Source: Candidatus Marinacidobacterales bacterium
Lineage (GTDB): Bacteria > Acidobacteriota > Vicinamibacteria > Marinacidobacterales > SMYC01
Assembly: GCA_965224085.1 (NCBI GenBank)
Contig: CBDCYI010000004.1
Span: forward strand, 672,001-736,000
Direction of reading: 5' to 3'
Length of the DNA: 64,000 nt
Shown here: piece by piece, positions 8,241 to 17,970 of the stretch
How positions within the stretch are numbered: the first letter of the stretch is position 1
How the letters are laid out: each line of letters starts with the position of its first letter
Position numbers and translations under genes: made by a program
The notes under the pieces: model-generated
The model's input: the letters and a program-made list of their open reading frames with translations, nothing else
Database searches by the model: none
What the model was told of the DNA's origin: nothing

Positions 8241-10184
8241 TCACCATACGAGAGGCGGCACCCAGATGTTTGGTGGAAAAGGAGGCGGAGGGGTCGCGTT
8301 CAGAAGCGTCGCGGGCGGAACGAGACTGCGACCGGGAAGATCCGCGGAGCGTTCTAGTTCTAGCAAATCCAGGACCGTGGGCACGACGTCGATCGAACGG
8401 ACCTTGCCGAAATTCGTTCCCGACGGGATGCGCGGCCCCCACGCGGCGCAGATGGCGAGCATATTGCGCCGTGTCGGGACGAAAACATGGTTGCCGCGCG
8501 GCTCGGTCGACTCGACCACCGCATCCCCGCGTGTTCCCGTCGAAGGATAGTAACCGGGAAGATAGTCCAGAAAGAGATCTCCGGTCGACGCGCCTCCGGG
8601 CTGCAGGAGTCCGCTGGTTGCGGGATCGTAGAACGCGGTGACGATGGGTTCCCCCGTTTCCGGATCCTGCAGCGCGCCGAGCGCGCGGCGCACCTCCCGT
8701 AACACCTCCTCCCTTTCTTCTGGTCGCACGATGCCTCCGGCCCGTCCCGTCAAGTTGACCGCAATCGAGCCGTCGGCGAGCGACGGCGCCAGCGCACGGG
8801 TCGCGGACAAATCGATCGAGCCGTCGGCCTGAAGCGCCAGAAGCCCGGCTTGTGCAAGGGCCACGTTCAAATGCAGCAGACGATCCGTTCCCGCCATCCC
8901 GTGATCGCTCACGACGACGACGTGCGCGTCGTCCCGTTCGGCCGCGTCCATCAAAACGCCGAGAAACGTGTCCTGGAGCTCGAAGCCTTGGACGATAAAC
9001 GGCCAGAGCCGCGCGGCGACCGCTTCATCGTGGCCTTTGAGCGTCGGATCGAGATAGCCGACGAGCTCGTGATTCACGTCGTCGGTCACGGGGCTATAGA
9101 GCACGACGAGGTCGTAATCCTCTTCGAGGGCCACCTTGGCTTGCGCGATGATTTGGCTTTGAAGATGCGCGAGCGTCTCGAGAAGGCGCACTTCGGCAAG
9201 ACCATCGCCAGAATCCGCAAGTCTCGGCCCGAGCCCACCTCGCGAGTACGGCCACGTCGCGCCGTTTCCCGCGTAGACTTGCATCACCGGAAGATCGGCA
9301 CGCGGCATCTCGCGGTTCGAGACGGCCATTTCGGCCGCGCCCGATCGATACAGGAGAAAGTGTCGTCCATCTGCAGATAGATCAAAAATGCGGAGCGAGA
9401 ACCAGATGGACTTCCCCTCCGCCGTCGCTTCGATCGGCGTCGAGAAACCACGACCCGGTTTGACGCGTGCTTCGAACACCGTCGCTGCCGTCGCGCTCAC
9501 GATCCCGAGCGTGTCCCAGCCCGAAACGGGGTCGAGTGGATCGTCGAAGAAGAGTCCCCAGAACGGCGTCTCTCCCACCTCGAAGCGAAACGCCCGGGCT
9601 TCGCTTCCCCAAGCTTCTGGCACGGCCCAACCCGCCGGCGCTTCGAGACGCACGGAGGCTTCGTCAAAGCTCTCACCGCGCGACTGGATTTCGGTATAGC
9701 CGTGGATAAGGAAAAGGTGCTCGAGCTCGATCGGGCTCAACCGCGCCCGCGCATGGTCGAAGGGATAGGCTTGGGTCGCGTGCATCGCGTAAGTGTCGAG
9801 GCCGTGGCGCGCCGCAAGGATCCAAACGGGATCGACGCGGAGCGCGTTCGAGAAATATCCGTTCTCCGTCACCGTGCGGTCGTGCTCGGACTCCGGCAGC
9901 GAAAGGAGCCTATTGGCTGTAATCCCGCTCCGATGTCCGTAGTGGCCGGTGAAGAGAACGGCGTGCGCGGCAGCTGTTTTGGTCGGAAAGCTCGACACCA
10001 TTCCGTCGGACCAAGCGCCCTCGCGCAGCATCCGCTGCAAGTTCGGGAGCCGCCCTTCCGCCAGTAGCTTCGACGTCATGTCGTAGCCGGCGCCGTCCCA
10101 CGACACAAGAATCACGCGGGGAGCCGCGGTCGAGGGCACGCTGAAGGGGAGCATGGCGAGCACGAATGTGAAGCGGAGGAACAT
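8241..10184 (-). CDS. Alkaline phosphatase / nucleotide pyrophosphatase-phosphodiesterase family protein, exported
   Basis: Signal peptide, VILVSWDGA, FPTKTAAAHAVLFTG, DDVNHE, VVVSDHGM, GNH, DVVPTVLDLL. Confidence 0.85.
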   Translation of the reverse strand: MFLRFTFVLAMLPFSVPSTAAPRVILVSWDGAGYDMTSKLLAEGRLPNLQRMLREGAWSDGMVSSFPTKTAAAHAVLFTGHYGHRSGITANRLLSLPESEHDRTVTENGYFSNALRVDPVWILAARHGLDTYAMHATQAYPFDHARARLSPIELEHLFLIHGYTEIQSRGESFDEASVRLEAPAGWAVPEAWGSEARAFRFEVGETPFWGLFFDDPLDPVSGWDTLGIVSATAATVFEARVKPGRGFSTPIEATAEGKSIWFSLRIFDLSADGRHFLLYRSGAAEMAVSNREMPRADLPVMQVYAGNGATWPYSRGGLGPRLADSGDGLAEVRLLETLAHLQSQIIAQAKVALEEDYDLVVLYSPVTDDVNHELVGYLDPTLKGHDEAVAARLWPFIVQGFELQDTFLGVLMDAAERDDAHVVVVSDHGMAGTDRLLHLNVALAQAGLLALQADGSIDLSATRALAPSLADGSIAVNLTGRAGGIVRPEEREEVLREVRRALGALQDPETGEPIVTAFYDPATSGLLQPGGASTGDLFLDYLPGYYPSTGTRGDAVVESTEPRGNHVFVPTRRNMLAICAAWGPRIPSGTNFGKVRSIDVVPTVLDLLELERSADLPGRSLVPPATLLNATPPPPFPPNIWVPPLVW

Positions 10185-10304
10185 AGGCTGCGGGATTCTA
10201 CTGCGAATGCTCGTGGATGCGCTCTCGAATGGCGGCGTTGAACGAAAGCCCCAGGAAGCGGTCGAGAGGCTCGGCCTCGTGCATGCGGGCGTGAAAATGC
10301 ACCG

Positions 10305-11038
10305 TTATTGCGACGACGGCGCGGCCCTCGATAAGTACTGCTTCCACCACTCAAACTCGTGATGGTAGCGATGGACCATATTCCATGGAGACCAACCCCC
10401 ATGATAGGAGTCGGGGTAGCGGATGAACTTGGCCGCAACGCGCCGCTTCTTGAGAGCCGTGTACATCTGCTCTCCTTGCTCGATGGGAACACGGTAGTCG
10501 CTCTCACCGTGGACGAAAAGAGTGGGCGTCGCCGCATGTTGCACGTAGTAGATGGGAGACTGCCTCAGTAGTAGCGTCCCGCCCGTGTCTTCCCAAGGCG
10601 GCCCGAAGAACTCGCTCTCTTTCGTTCGCGGGATGTCTGCCGTTCCATAGTCGCTTACCCAGTTCGAGATGCCGGCGCCGACGATGGCCGCCGCGAAACG
10701 GGTGTCATGGGTGATGACCCAATTCGTCAAGAAGCCGCCATACGAGTAGCCGGTGACACCCATACGCGTCTCGTCGATCGGGTAGTGGGCGCGCACATAG
10801 TCGACGCCGGCAAGCACGTCTTCGGAATCGAGATCCCCCCAACCGCCGCCCCAAGTTGCGTAGCGAAACTCTTCCGCGCGTTGTCGGCTTCGTCGATGTA
10901 GTGCCGCGAGACCGCGCGGCTAATCGACGGCTCATCGGCGCTGTTAATGAGGTAGTAGTCGCGGAGCTCCAGCGCATCCCGCGCTTCTGCCGCAGCCGCA
11001 ACCATGATGCATAGACTTAAGGCCTTTCGCATGAACAT
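10305..11038 (-). pseudogene. S9 family (acylaminoacyl/dipeptidyl) peptidase with the beta-propeller region deleted
   Basis: Signal peptide and start (10727..11038 frame) join out of frame near 10875 to the catalytic domain EEFRYATWGG..GYSYGG..HGESDYRVP..YH. Confidence 0.8.
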
Positions 11039-11042
11039 CGCA

Positions 11043-11846
11043 CTACACCTCGAGATAGGGTTTGTCCCCGAACATCTGCGTGCGTTTCAAGATGCGGCGC
11101 GCGTTGGCATCGAAGGGCTCGCGCCGGTGCATCGTGCAGCGGTTGTCCCAGATCACGAGATCCCCCGGCTGCCACTTGTGGGTCCAGACGAACTCGGGAC
11201 GGGTCACGTGACGGAGCAAGGCGTCGAGAAGCTTCGAGCTTTCTTCGGCCAAAACACCCTCGATGGAGCGCGTAAACTGCGGATTCACGTACGTCGCGCG
11301 ACGCCCGGTCTCGGGATGGGTTCGGATGACTGGGTGCAGCGCCGGCACTTCAGGATTCTGCGCCTCTTCTTCGTGTCGATGGACGGCACGTAGCTCGAGG
11401 GCTCGGTCCCGAAGACTGGGGACAAGCGCGTCGTAAGCCGCATAGCCGTTCGCCCACTGAGTGTCGCCGCCTTCCCGCGGCACCTCCAAAGCGTAGACGA
11501 TGGAGAAAGAGCCCGGACGATCGAGATAAGAAAGATCGGAGTGGAACGTGAGCTCACCACTACCGAGGGCACCCAGTGGCTTTCCGTCCTCTGTCACATT
11601 CGAAATGATGAAGATCTCTTCAACGGCCCGTTTCTCTTGCTCACGAACATGACGCTCCGGCTTTCCGAAATAGCGGCTGAAGCGCACTTGCTCTTCCTCG
11701 CTCAGAGATTGTTCGCGAAAAAAAAGCACGAGGTGCTCGAGGATCGCCTCGCGGAGCGCCGCGACGACGGGGTCTTCGAGCGGCCGGCTCGTGTCCACAT
11801 TCCGAACCTCGACGCCGAGAGCGCCGCCGGTCGGAGCGATATGCAT
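11043..11846 (-). CDS. TauD/TfdA family Fe(II)/2-oxoglutarate dioxygenase
   Basis: FHSDLSY (HxD), GGDTQWAN, HPVIRTHPETGR, WDNRCTMHRR; the start may be upstream at 11879. Confidence 0.9.
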   Translation of the reverse strand: MHIAPTGGALGVEVRNVDTSRPLEDPVVAALREAILEHLVLFFREQSLSEEEQVRFSRYFGKPERHVREQEKRAVEEIFIISNVTEDGKPLGALGSGELTFHSDLSYLDRPGSFSIVYALEVPREGGDTQWANGYAAYDALVPSLRDRALELRAVHRHEEEAQNPEVPALHPVIRTHPETGRRATYVNPQFTRSIEGVLAEESSKLLDALLRHVTRPEFVWTHKWQPGDLVIWDNRCTMHRREPFDANARRILKRTQMFGDKPYLEV

Positions 11847-11932
11847 CGTTCGTAGGTTATAATACTCAAAAGTCGACATGACAAGGGCTTAGCCCTTGGC
11901 ACCTTTTTGCGACCCGAGTTTGGAGTACGTCC

Positions 11933-12943
11933 GTGTGGATCCTAGAGCTCTTCCTTGTCGCCACGGTTGCGACGGCCGCACCTTCGGTGACGCCCCCACC
12001 GCCCCTAAGGCCTCTAGAAAAAGATTCGGTAAACGTCTTCATTGACGAAATGGCGGCGAAGCACGGGTTCGACCGCAGGGAGCTCGAACGCGCCTTCGGC
12101 CGGATTCGATCGAGTGCGAGGATCGTCGAACTTATGAACCGACAGGCGAAGCGCAAGCACTGGCAGGACTATCGGGCGCTCTTCGTCAACCGCGAAAAAA
12201 TCACACACGGTTTCCGGTTTTGGCGGAACAACGCGGACAAGCTCGCCGAAGCGCAGGAGAAATACGGCGTCCCTGAAGAGGTCATCATCGCGGTCATCGG
12301 CGTCGAGACGCATTACGGAAGAAATACTGGGGGGTTCAGAGTCCTCGAAGCGCTTGCCACGCTCGCCTTCGACTATCCGAAGCGATCCAAGATGTTTCGC
12401 CTCGAGCTCGAGCACTATCTTTTGCTGGCGCGCGAGGAGACGATGGGCCTTGCTACGCCGCGCGGCTCCTACGCGGGCGCTATGGGGATTGCACAGTTCA
12501 TGCCCGGGAGCTATCGGCGCTACGCGATCGATTTCGACGGCGACGGCAAGCGCGACCTGTTCGAGAACAATTCGGACGCCATCGGGAGCGTCGCGAACTA
12601 CTTGACGGCGCATGGCTGGCAACGAGGCGAGCCGGTCGCAATCCCCGCCAGTGTCGAAAGCGCGGCAGCCGCGTCATTTGAAGCGTCGAAGCTCTCGACG
12701 CGCGTGCGCCTCGAAGAGCTCAAGAATCGAGGCGTCACCGTGTCAGGCGTCTATCCGGGCGAGAAGGAAGCGATTCCCCTTGCGCTGCACAACCGCGACG
12801 GCCGGGAATATTGGCTCGGCTTCGACAACTTCTACGTGATCACCCGCTACAACAACAGCGTGTATTACGCGATGGCGGTCTACCAACTCAGTTGCGAGCT
12901 CCGAAAACAACACGACGCCCAGGCCGCCGCCGGCGACCGCTAG
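11933..12943 (+). CDS. mltB: Lytic murein transglycosylase B
   Basis: IGVETHYG, ALATLAFDYP, GSYAGAMGIAQFMPGSY, DAIGSVANYL, NFYVITRYN. Confidence 0.92.
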   Translation: MWILELFLVATVATAAPSVTPPPPLRPLEKDSVNVFIDEMAAKHGFDRRELERAFGRIRSSARIVELMNRQAKRKHWQDYRALFVNREKITHGFRFWRNNADKLAEAQEKYGVPEEVIIAVIGVETHYGRNTGGFRVLEALATLAFDYPKRSKMFRLELEHYLLLAREETMGLATPRGSYAGAMGIAQFMPGSYRRYAIDFDGDGKRDLFENNSDAIGSVANYLTAHGWQRGEPVAIPASVESAAAASFEASKLSTRVRLEELKNRGVTVSGVYPGEKEAIPLALHNRDGREYWLGFDNFYVITRYNNSVYYAMAVYQLSCELRKQHDAQAAAGDR

Positions 12944-13031
12944 CGGGGCGCGTCCGCTCCACGACTGGCTCTGTCTGATGAGAAACGGGTAAATCGGGAA
13001 CGAATCCGAAGATTCTCAGGATTCCGTGGAG

Positions 13032-13259
13032 TTTTACACAAGAGAAGTTGCGTGTCGTGTGATGGACCCAAAGTTGCCAATCTTGTATTTCTGTGAGCAA
13101 GCTCTCCGCCACCTTACAAACAAGCCACAATGGAGCCCGTCACCCAAAAAAAACGCTGCTCAACAAGTGTGCATAGTGTTACTGGACCTTGAATAGCGCG
13201 GTCTCGAAGGCTCGCCCCCACAGTTTTTCCACAAAGTTATCCACAGAAAGTGTGGGAGT
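13032..13259. promoter_or_regulatory. Cluster of DnaA boxes in a long intergenic region
   Basis: TTATCCACA (13237-13245), TTTTCCACA (13225-13233), TTTTACACA (13032-13040), plus degenerate boxes at 13214-13222, 13168-13176 and 13251-13259. Confidence 0.6.
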
Positions 13260-13417
13260 TCAGAAACGGTGTATCGGGGGCGCCAATCACCGCGGGCAGC
13301 TCGCTTGCCCAGATGGGTGGGGCACAGCCAAGAGTACCGCCGCGAATGCTAGAGCGCGCATGCGAGACATGATACGATCCCCGCCGTTTTCAAGGAAACT
13401 CGGGAGCCGCATTCGAA

Positions 13418-13807
13418 GTGTTCACATCCGAAGCAACCACCCACGACATCCGGGTGCGCGTAGTTTCTCGCTACTCCCGCGAGAACTCGCAGCCGGACCA
13501 AAACCGCTGGTTCTTTCTCTACACTGTAGAGATCACGAACGAAGGTTCGCGTAGCGTCCGGCTCGTGAGCCGCCACTGGATCATCGAGAATGCCGACAAA
13601 GTGGTCAAGGAAGTGCGAGGGCCCGGCGTCGTCGGCGAGCAACCCACCCTCGCACCCGGCGAGTCTTTCGAGTACTCGTCCGGCTGCCCCCTTGCGACGC
13701 CCTTCGGGTCGATGCGGGGCACCTATCAGATGACCGGAGAGGACGGCACCGAGTTCGACGTGGAGATCGCACCGTTTACCCTCAGTGAGCCCTATACCGT
13801 TCATTAA
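13418..13807 (+). CDS. apaG: ApaG protein
   Basis: FFLYTVEITNEG..LVSRHWII..VRGPGVVGEQP..GSMRGTYQM. Confidence 0.95.
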   Translation: MFTSEATTHDIRVRVVSRYSRENSQPDQNRWFFLYTVEITNEGSRSVRLVSRHWIIENADKVVKEVRGPGVVGEQPTLAPGESFEYSSGCPLATPFGSMRGTYQMTGEDGTEFDVEIAPFTLSEPYTVH

Positions 13808-13852
13808 CGTGAGTCGTGCTCGTCCCCCACTTCCCTGCCCGTTCGAGGACTC

Positions 13853-14671
13853 GTGCGCAAAAGAATCAAAACGAAGCTGACGGCGAAAAACGCGGACAAG
13901 CACGTCCTGTACCAGCAAAGCGTGCAAGCACCAGAGGACGACGCGCAGTTCTTCGCGCGCTTTTACAAGAAGTACACCGGAGAGCCGCTGCGCGTCTTCC
14001 GTGAAGATTTCTGCGGTACGGCCATCCTGTCCTGCGAGCTCGTCAAGCTCAACAAGAAAAACCACGCCATCGGTGTCGACTTCCACGGGCCGACGCTCGA
14101 CTGGGCACGCAAGCACAACGTCAGCAAGCTCGACAAAGAGCAGCAGAAACGTTTGAGCTTGGTGCAAGCTAACGTGCTAGACGTGCGCGAGCCGAAGGCG
14201 GATTTGCTCGCGGGTTTGAACTTCAGCTTCGCCGTCTTCAAGACGCGCCAAGACATGCGCGCCTACATCAACAACGCGTTTCGAGCGATCAAACCCGGCG
14301 GGCTCTTTATCCTCGACAACTGGGGCGGCGGCCAGGCGCAGTTTGTGATGAAAGAGAAAAAGCGCCAAAAAGGTTTCACCTATGTGTGGGATCAAGCGGA
14401 TTTCGACCCGGTAACCAACCACATCCTCTGCAAGATCCACTTCGAGTTCCGGAACGGCTCGCGCATGAAGAACGCTTTCGTCTACGATTGGCGTTTGTGG
14501 ACCCTCATGGAGCTCCGGGAGCTGATGGACGAAGCCGGCTTCGAGGACACCCACGTATTGTGGGAAGGCACCGACCGCGAGACCGGCGAGGGCAACAGCG
14601 TGTTTCGGCGTGTCGAGCGTGGCGGAGACGAGGAAGCTTGGATTGCGTATATTGTGGCGCGGAGGCCGTAG
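13853..14671 (+). CDS. Class I SAM-dependent methyltransferase
   Basis: LYQQSVQ, REDFCGTA motif I, IKPGGLFILD, YDWRLW. Confidence 0.8.
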   Translation: MRKRIKTKLTAKNADKHVLYQQSVQAPEDDAQFFARFYKKYTGEPLRVFREDFCGTAILSCELVKLNKKNHAIGVDFHGPTLDWARKHNVSKLDKEQQKRLSLVQANVLDVREPKADLLAGLNFSFAVFKTRQDMRAYINNAFRAIKPGGLFILDNWGGGQAQFVMKEKKRQKGFTYVWDQADFDPVTNHILCKIHFEFRNGSRMKNAFVYDWRLWTLMELRELMDEAGFEDTHVLWEGTDRETGEGNSVFRRVERGGDEEAWIAYIVARRP

Positions 14672-14690
14672 CTCCCGCCATGCCAACAGT

Positions 14691-14785
14691 GCTACCTGCT
14701 ATCAGCCATCGGCTACCCCACAATTGGGACGTGTATCGGGAGAGGTCAAAAGCAGGGAGCCTATAGCCGGGAGCAGGGAGCAGGT
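14691..14785. repeat. Inverted arrays of degenerate heptamers (consensus GCT[A/C/T]CC[T/C/G])
   Basis: GCTACCT-GCTATCA-GCCATCG-GCTACCC, then reverse-complement units AGGGAGC-CTATAGC-CGGGAGC-AGGGAGC. Confidence 0.55.
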
Positions 14786-15682
14786 ATGCTGAACGGTGGT
14801 TACTCGTATTCAGAGCGGGTCGGAGCTCGGGCGGTGGGGCGGACGGTTCTCGGCTACCTTTCGGAAAGATACTCGCATTCTGGCGAGAGCACGTGGGCAC
14901 GGCATATTAAGGACGGACGGGTTCGTTTGGGCGGCGAACCGGTCGCGTCCGCTCGGCGGCTCGAGCTCGGTGAGCTTCTGACTTGGAATCGACCACCCTG
15001 GATTGAGCCCGAAGCGCCATCGGGCTTTGCTGTGCTCTATCGCGACCCTGACTTGCTCGCGGTTGCGAAGCCGCGCGGGCTTGCCGCGATGCCGGGCGGC
15101 GGCTTCTTGGAGCGGACCCTCCTTCGCCGCGTGCAGGCTTTCGACCCGCTCGCCTCACCGCTGCATCGGCTCGGACGCGGGACCTCGGGCATCACCCTTT
15201 TCACGCGACACAAGAGTGCGAGACGGGTGCTGGTCGATGCGTGGCAGCGGGGCGCGGTCGAGCGCGACTACGTGGGGCTCGCGACCGGTCACTTTCCCGC
15301 GGGCACCACCCGCATCGACGCCCCGCTCGGCCCTGTCCCGCACCAGCGCCTCGGAAGCGTCACCTCTGTGCATCCGAACGGCAAACCATCCATAAGCCAC
15401 GTCACGCTCATCGAGCGACGCCCGTCGACATCGCTCGTCGCCATCCGCATCGAAACGGGGCGAGCGCATCAGATCCGCATTCATCTCGCGGCAGCAGGCT
15501 TTCCACTCGCAGGTGACCCGCTCTACCCGCCCGGCGGCATCCCTCCGGAAGATGCGCGTGCCTTGCCCGGAGAGACCGGCTATTTCCTGCACGCAAAGCG
15601 ACTGCGCTTTCCTCATCCAAACTGCGGGCAGAGCGTGACCGTCGATTGTGTGCCTCCTCCTCCCCTGAGAGGTCCAATATGA
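14786..15682 (+). CDS. RluA family pseudouridine synthase
   Basis: AVAKPRGL, HRLGRGTSG (canonical HRLD Asp reads Gly here), ETGRAHQIRIHLA, GDPLY, LHA. Confidence 0.85.
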   Translation: MLNGGYSYSERVGARAVGRTVLGYLSERYSHSGESTWARHIKDGRVRLGGEPVASARRLELGELLTWNRPPWIEPEAPSGFAVLYRDPDLLAVAKPRGLAAMPGGGFLERTLLRRVQAFDPLASPLHRLGRGTSGITLFTRHKSARRVLVDAWQRGAVERDYVGLATGHFPAGTTRIDAPLGPVPHQRLGSVTSVHPNGKPSISHVTLIERRPSTSLVAIRIETGRAHQIRIHLAAAGFPLAGDPLYPPGGIPPEDARALPGETGYFLHAKRLRFPHPNCGQSVTVDCVPPPPLRGPI

Positions 15683-15840
15683 CAGACGCCGTCGGCAAGA
15701 GCGGTGCGTCGCTCGGCGGCGTTTGGCACCACTATCTGACCGAAGGCCGCGCGCAGCCGTGGTCGCGCCGAGTCACGGGGATCGTCGCGGAATCGAAGCA
15801 GGCGATCGTCGCACCGCTTCCCGAGCTCTCCGTCCGCTGA
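15679..15840 (+). other. Short ORF overlapping the rluA stop (ATGA), possible gene relic
   Basis: MTDAVGKSGASLGGVWHHYLTEG..; the ATGA overlap is the only support, no family recognised. Confidence 0.25.
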
Positions 15841-15863
15841 GCGACTGAGCGACTTAGACAAAG

Positions 15864-16601
15864 ATGCAGCCTTCGCGAACGGCAGCCGCGCTCATCATCG
15901 GCAACGAGATCCTCGGCGGCAAGATCCGCGAGGCGAACGTCTTCGAGCTCGCGCGCGTTTTGCGCAACAGGGGCGTCGAGCTTGCGCGCGTCGTCGTCAT
16001 TCCCGACACTATCGCGGTCATCGTCGACGAAGTACAGAAGCTCTCGAAAGCCTATGACTACGTGTTCACGAGCGGCGGCGTCGGCCCGACCCACGATGAT
16101 GTAACCATCCCTGCGATCGCGGAAGCCTTCGACGTTCCCGTCGTGCGGGATCCCGACTTCGAGCGCCTGCTCCGCGACTACTACGGCGAGGACGTGACCG
16201 AGAACCATCTGCTTCTCGCGAACGTTCCGGAAGGGGTCAAAAAGCTCCGCATTGCACGAACGCCTTGGCCTTTGACAGTTCTCGACAACGTTTGGATCAT
16301 GCCGGGGATTCCCGAAGTTTTTCGCATGAAGCTCGAGATCGTCCTCGAGCACCTCGAAGCTAGCGCGCCCTTCGTCACTCGCTCGGTGTTCACCAAGCTC
16401 GACGAAGCCGTATTGAAGCCTTTTCTCGACGAGACGGTCTCGCGGCATCCGCAGGTCGCGATCGGCTCCTATCCACGATGGCAAGATCCTAAATACGAAA
16501 CCAAAGTCACATTCGACGGCACGGATAGAGACGCCGTCGAACGCGCTTTCGAGGACTTCCAACACAAGCTCCCCGTTGGCGAGCCCCAATGGACCGAATA
16601 A
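15864..16601 (+). CDS. Molybdopterin-binding / CinA N-terminal-like protein
   Basis: LIIGNEILGGK, TSGGVGPTHDDVT, MPGIP, IGSYP. Confidence 0.85.
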   Translation: MQPSRTAAALIIGNEILGGKIREANVFELARVLRNRGVELARVVVIPDTIAVIVDEVQKLSKAYDYVFTSGGVGPTHDDVTIPAIAEAFDVPVVRDPDFERLLRDYYGEDVTENHLLLANVPEGVKKLRIARTPWPLTVLDNVWIMPGIPEVFRMKLEIVLEHLEASAPFVTRSVFTKLDEAVLKPFLDETVSRHPQVAIGSYPRWQDPKYETKVTFDGTDRDAVERAFEDFQHKLPVGEPQWTE

Positions 16602-16786
16602 GGGTCCTCACGGCCAGAACCATCCAGGAGATGAACCCGAGCCTCGCGCATGCGGCCTTTACCTTGCGAGCCGATCAAGGCGTCATGGCGAACATCTACC
16701 AACCCGATCGCGGGTGCCGCAACACGCGGCGGGAGAGCTATCGGGGCTGCGAAAGCTAGAGATTTTCTTTTCCCCGGCCATCGTGC

Positions 16787-17893
16787 TCACTCGCTCCCTC
16801 CGGGCACGTGAATCTCGGAATCGAGGTTGAAAGCGGCCCACGCGAACCAAAACGCCGTGAAGGTCGGGAGCTTTCTGAGGCGCTCGCCTTCGAGCGGACC
16901 GGAAATCGCGACCCCGTCGAGATTCCAAATCGAGCCGGTCTGTCGGTCGCGCAGCTTGAACAAAAAGCCCTCGCCCTCGACGATGTCGAACTCGAGAACC
17001 TCTCGAGCTTGCTCGGTCGCGCCCACTCTTCGATCGAACGGAATGGCCAAGCCCGAGGCGGCGTGAAAAGCGACGAGCACAGGCAGGCCTCTCACGTCGT
17101 CATTGATCGCGAGCCGAGGCCCGAGCTCCCGCATACGTGTCATCGAATAGGCGCGCGCGACCCCATCGTGTCGAATACCGAGAACGTTCTCCTTCATCGG
17201 CAGTCTCGGGTCGATCCTCGTCTGGGGGAACAAAAGCTGCGTATTGTCGAGTTGATCGTAGTCGCCATAGGGATAAACATCGTAGTTGCGACTGAAGCCC
17301 GTCTTGAAGCTGACCACGGTCGTCTCTGGATAGAGCGCTTTCCATGCGGCCCAAGTCGACTGCACCACAGGAAGGAGCGCAGGCCTCGTCCCCGACAAGG
17401 CGCCGCAGATACTTTCGAGACGCATTTGAGACCAGAGCGAGTCTGTCCTGCGGTCGAAAAGGATCAAGTTGTTGTCGAAGAGAAGGCCCGAGACGCCGAA
17501 GTTCTGCTGGGCGCCGTCCATGACGGGGTCGTAGACGATCCCACTTCCCGTCAGCGGACAGAACGTCACGAGAATGGGCCGGCCACCCAATACGTCATTG
17601 ACGATCTCGTGCCACCACATCACGGCGTGCGGATAAGCCCGGGCCTCACCGTTCACGACCACCCCGAGAACGAGATCCTCGGGAAAGAGAAACGTATCGC
17701 CGGTGGCTGCGGGAACCACTTCGGGATTGGTGAGCGATGGTATCCCGTCTTTACCCGGTCCGCCGCTGACGATGAGGTTTTGCGGAATCAGACATTGCGC
17801 TTCTAGGGCCAAAGGGGCGCCGAGCAACATCGCGACGAAAGCCAAGCAATCAAGGTTGCGAATCACAGTTCTAAGCTCCATCCATCCCATCAC
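16787..17893 (-). CDS. DUF3179 domain protein, exported
   Basis: GGPGKDGIPSL, ARAYP, HEIVND, TFCPLTGS, FGVSGLL, SLWSQ, FWFAWAAF. Confidence 0.85.
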   Translation of the reverse strand: MMGWMELRTVIRNLDCLAFVAMLLGAPLALEAQCLIPQNLIVSGGPGKDGIPSLTNPEVVPAATGDTFLFPEDLVLGVVVNGEARAYPHAVMWWHEIVNDVLGGRPILVTFCPLTGSGIVYDPVMDGAQQNFGVSGLLFDNNLILFDRRTDSLWSQMRLESICGALSGTRPALLPVVQSTWAAWKALYPETTVVSFKTGFSRNYDVYPYGDYDQLDNTQLLFPQTRIDPRLPMKENVLGIRHDGVARAYSMTRMRELGPRLAINDDVRGLPVLVAFHAASGLAIPFDRRVGATEQAREVLEFDIVEGEGFLFKLRDRQTGSIWNLDGVAISGPLEGERLRKLPTFTAFWFAWAAFNLDSEIHVPGGSE

Positions 17894-17970
17894 TTTAGGC
17901 GGCGCTTCCTTCTCGCTCTATTAACTTGTTCACAGCGCCGATAGCCTACATGGACCCCATACTAAGAGCC

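Noticed and set aside
16610-16760. Short open frame RTIQEMNPSLAHAAFTLRADQG.. after the CinA-like gene
   Set aside because: May be another relic, but I recognise no family and see no clear start signal.
16602-16789. Possible selenocysteine read-through of the DUF3179 TGA stop
   Set aside because: The domain is already complete before the TGA, there is no redox motif context, and I see no convincing SECIS-like hairpin.
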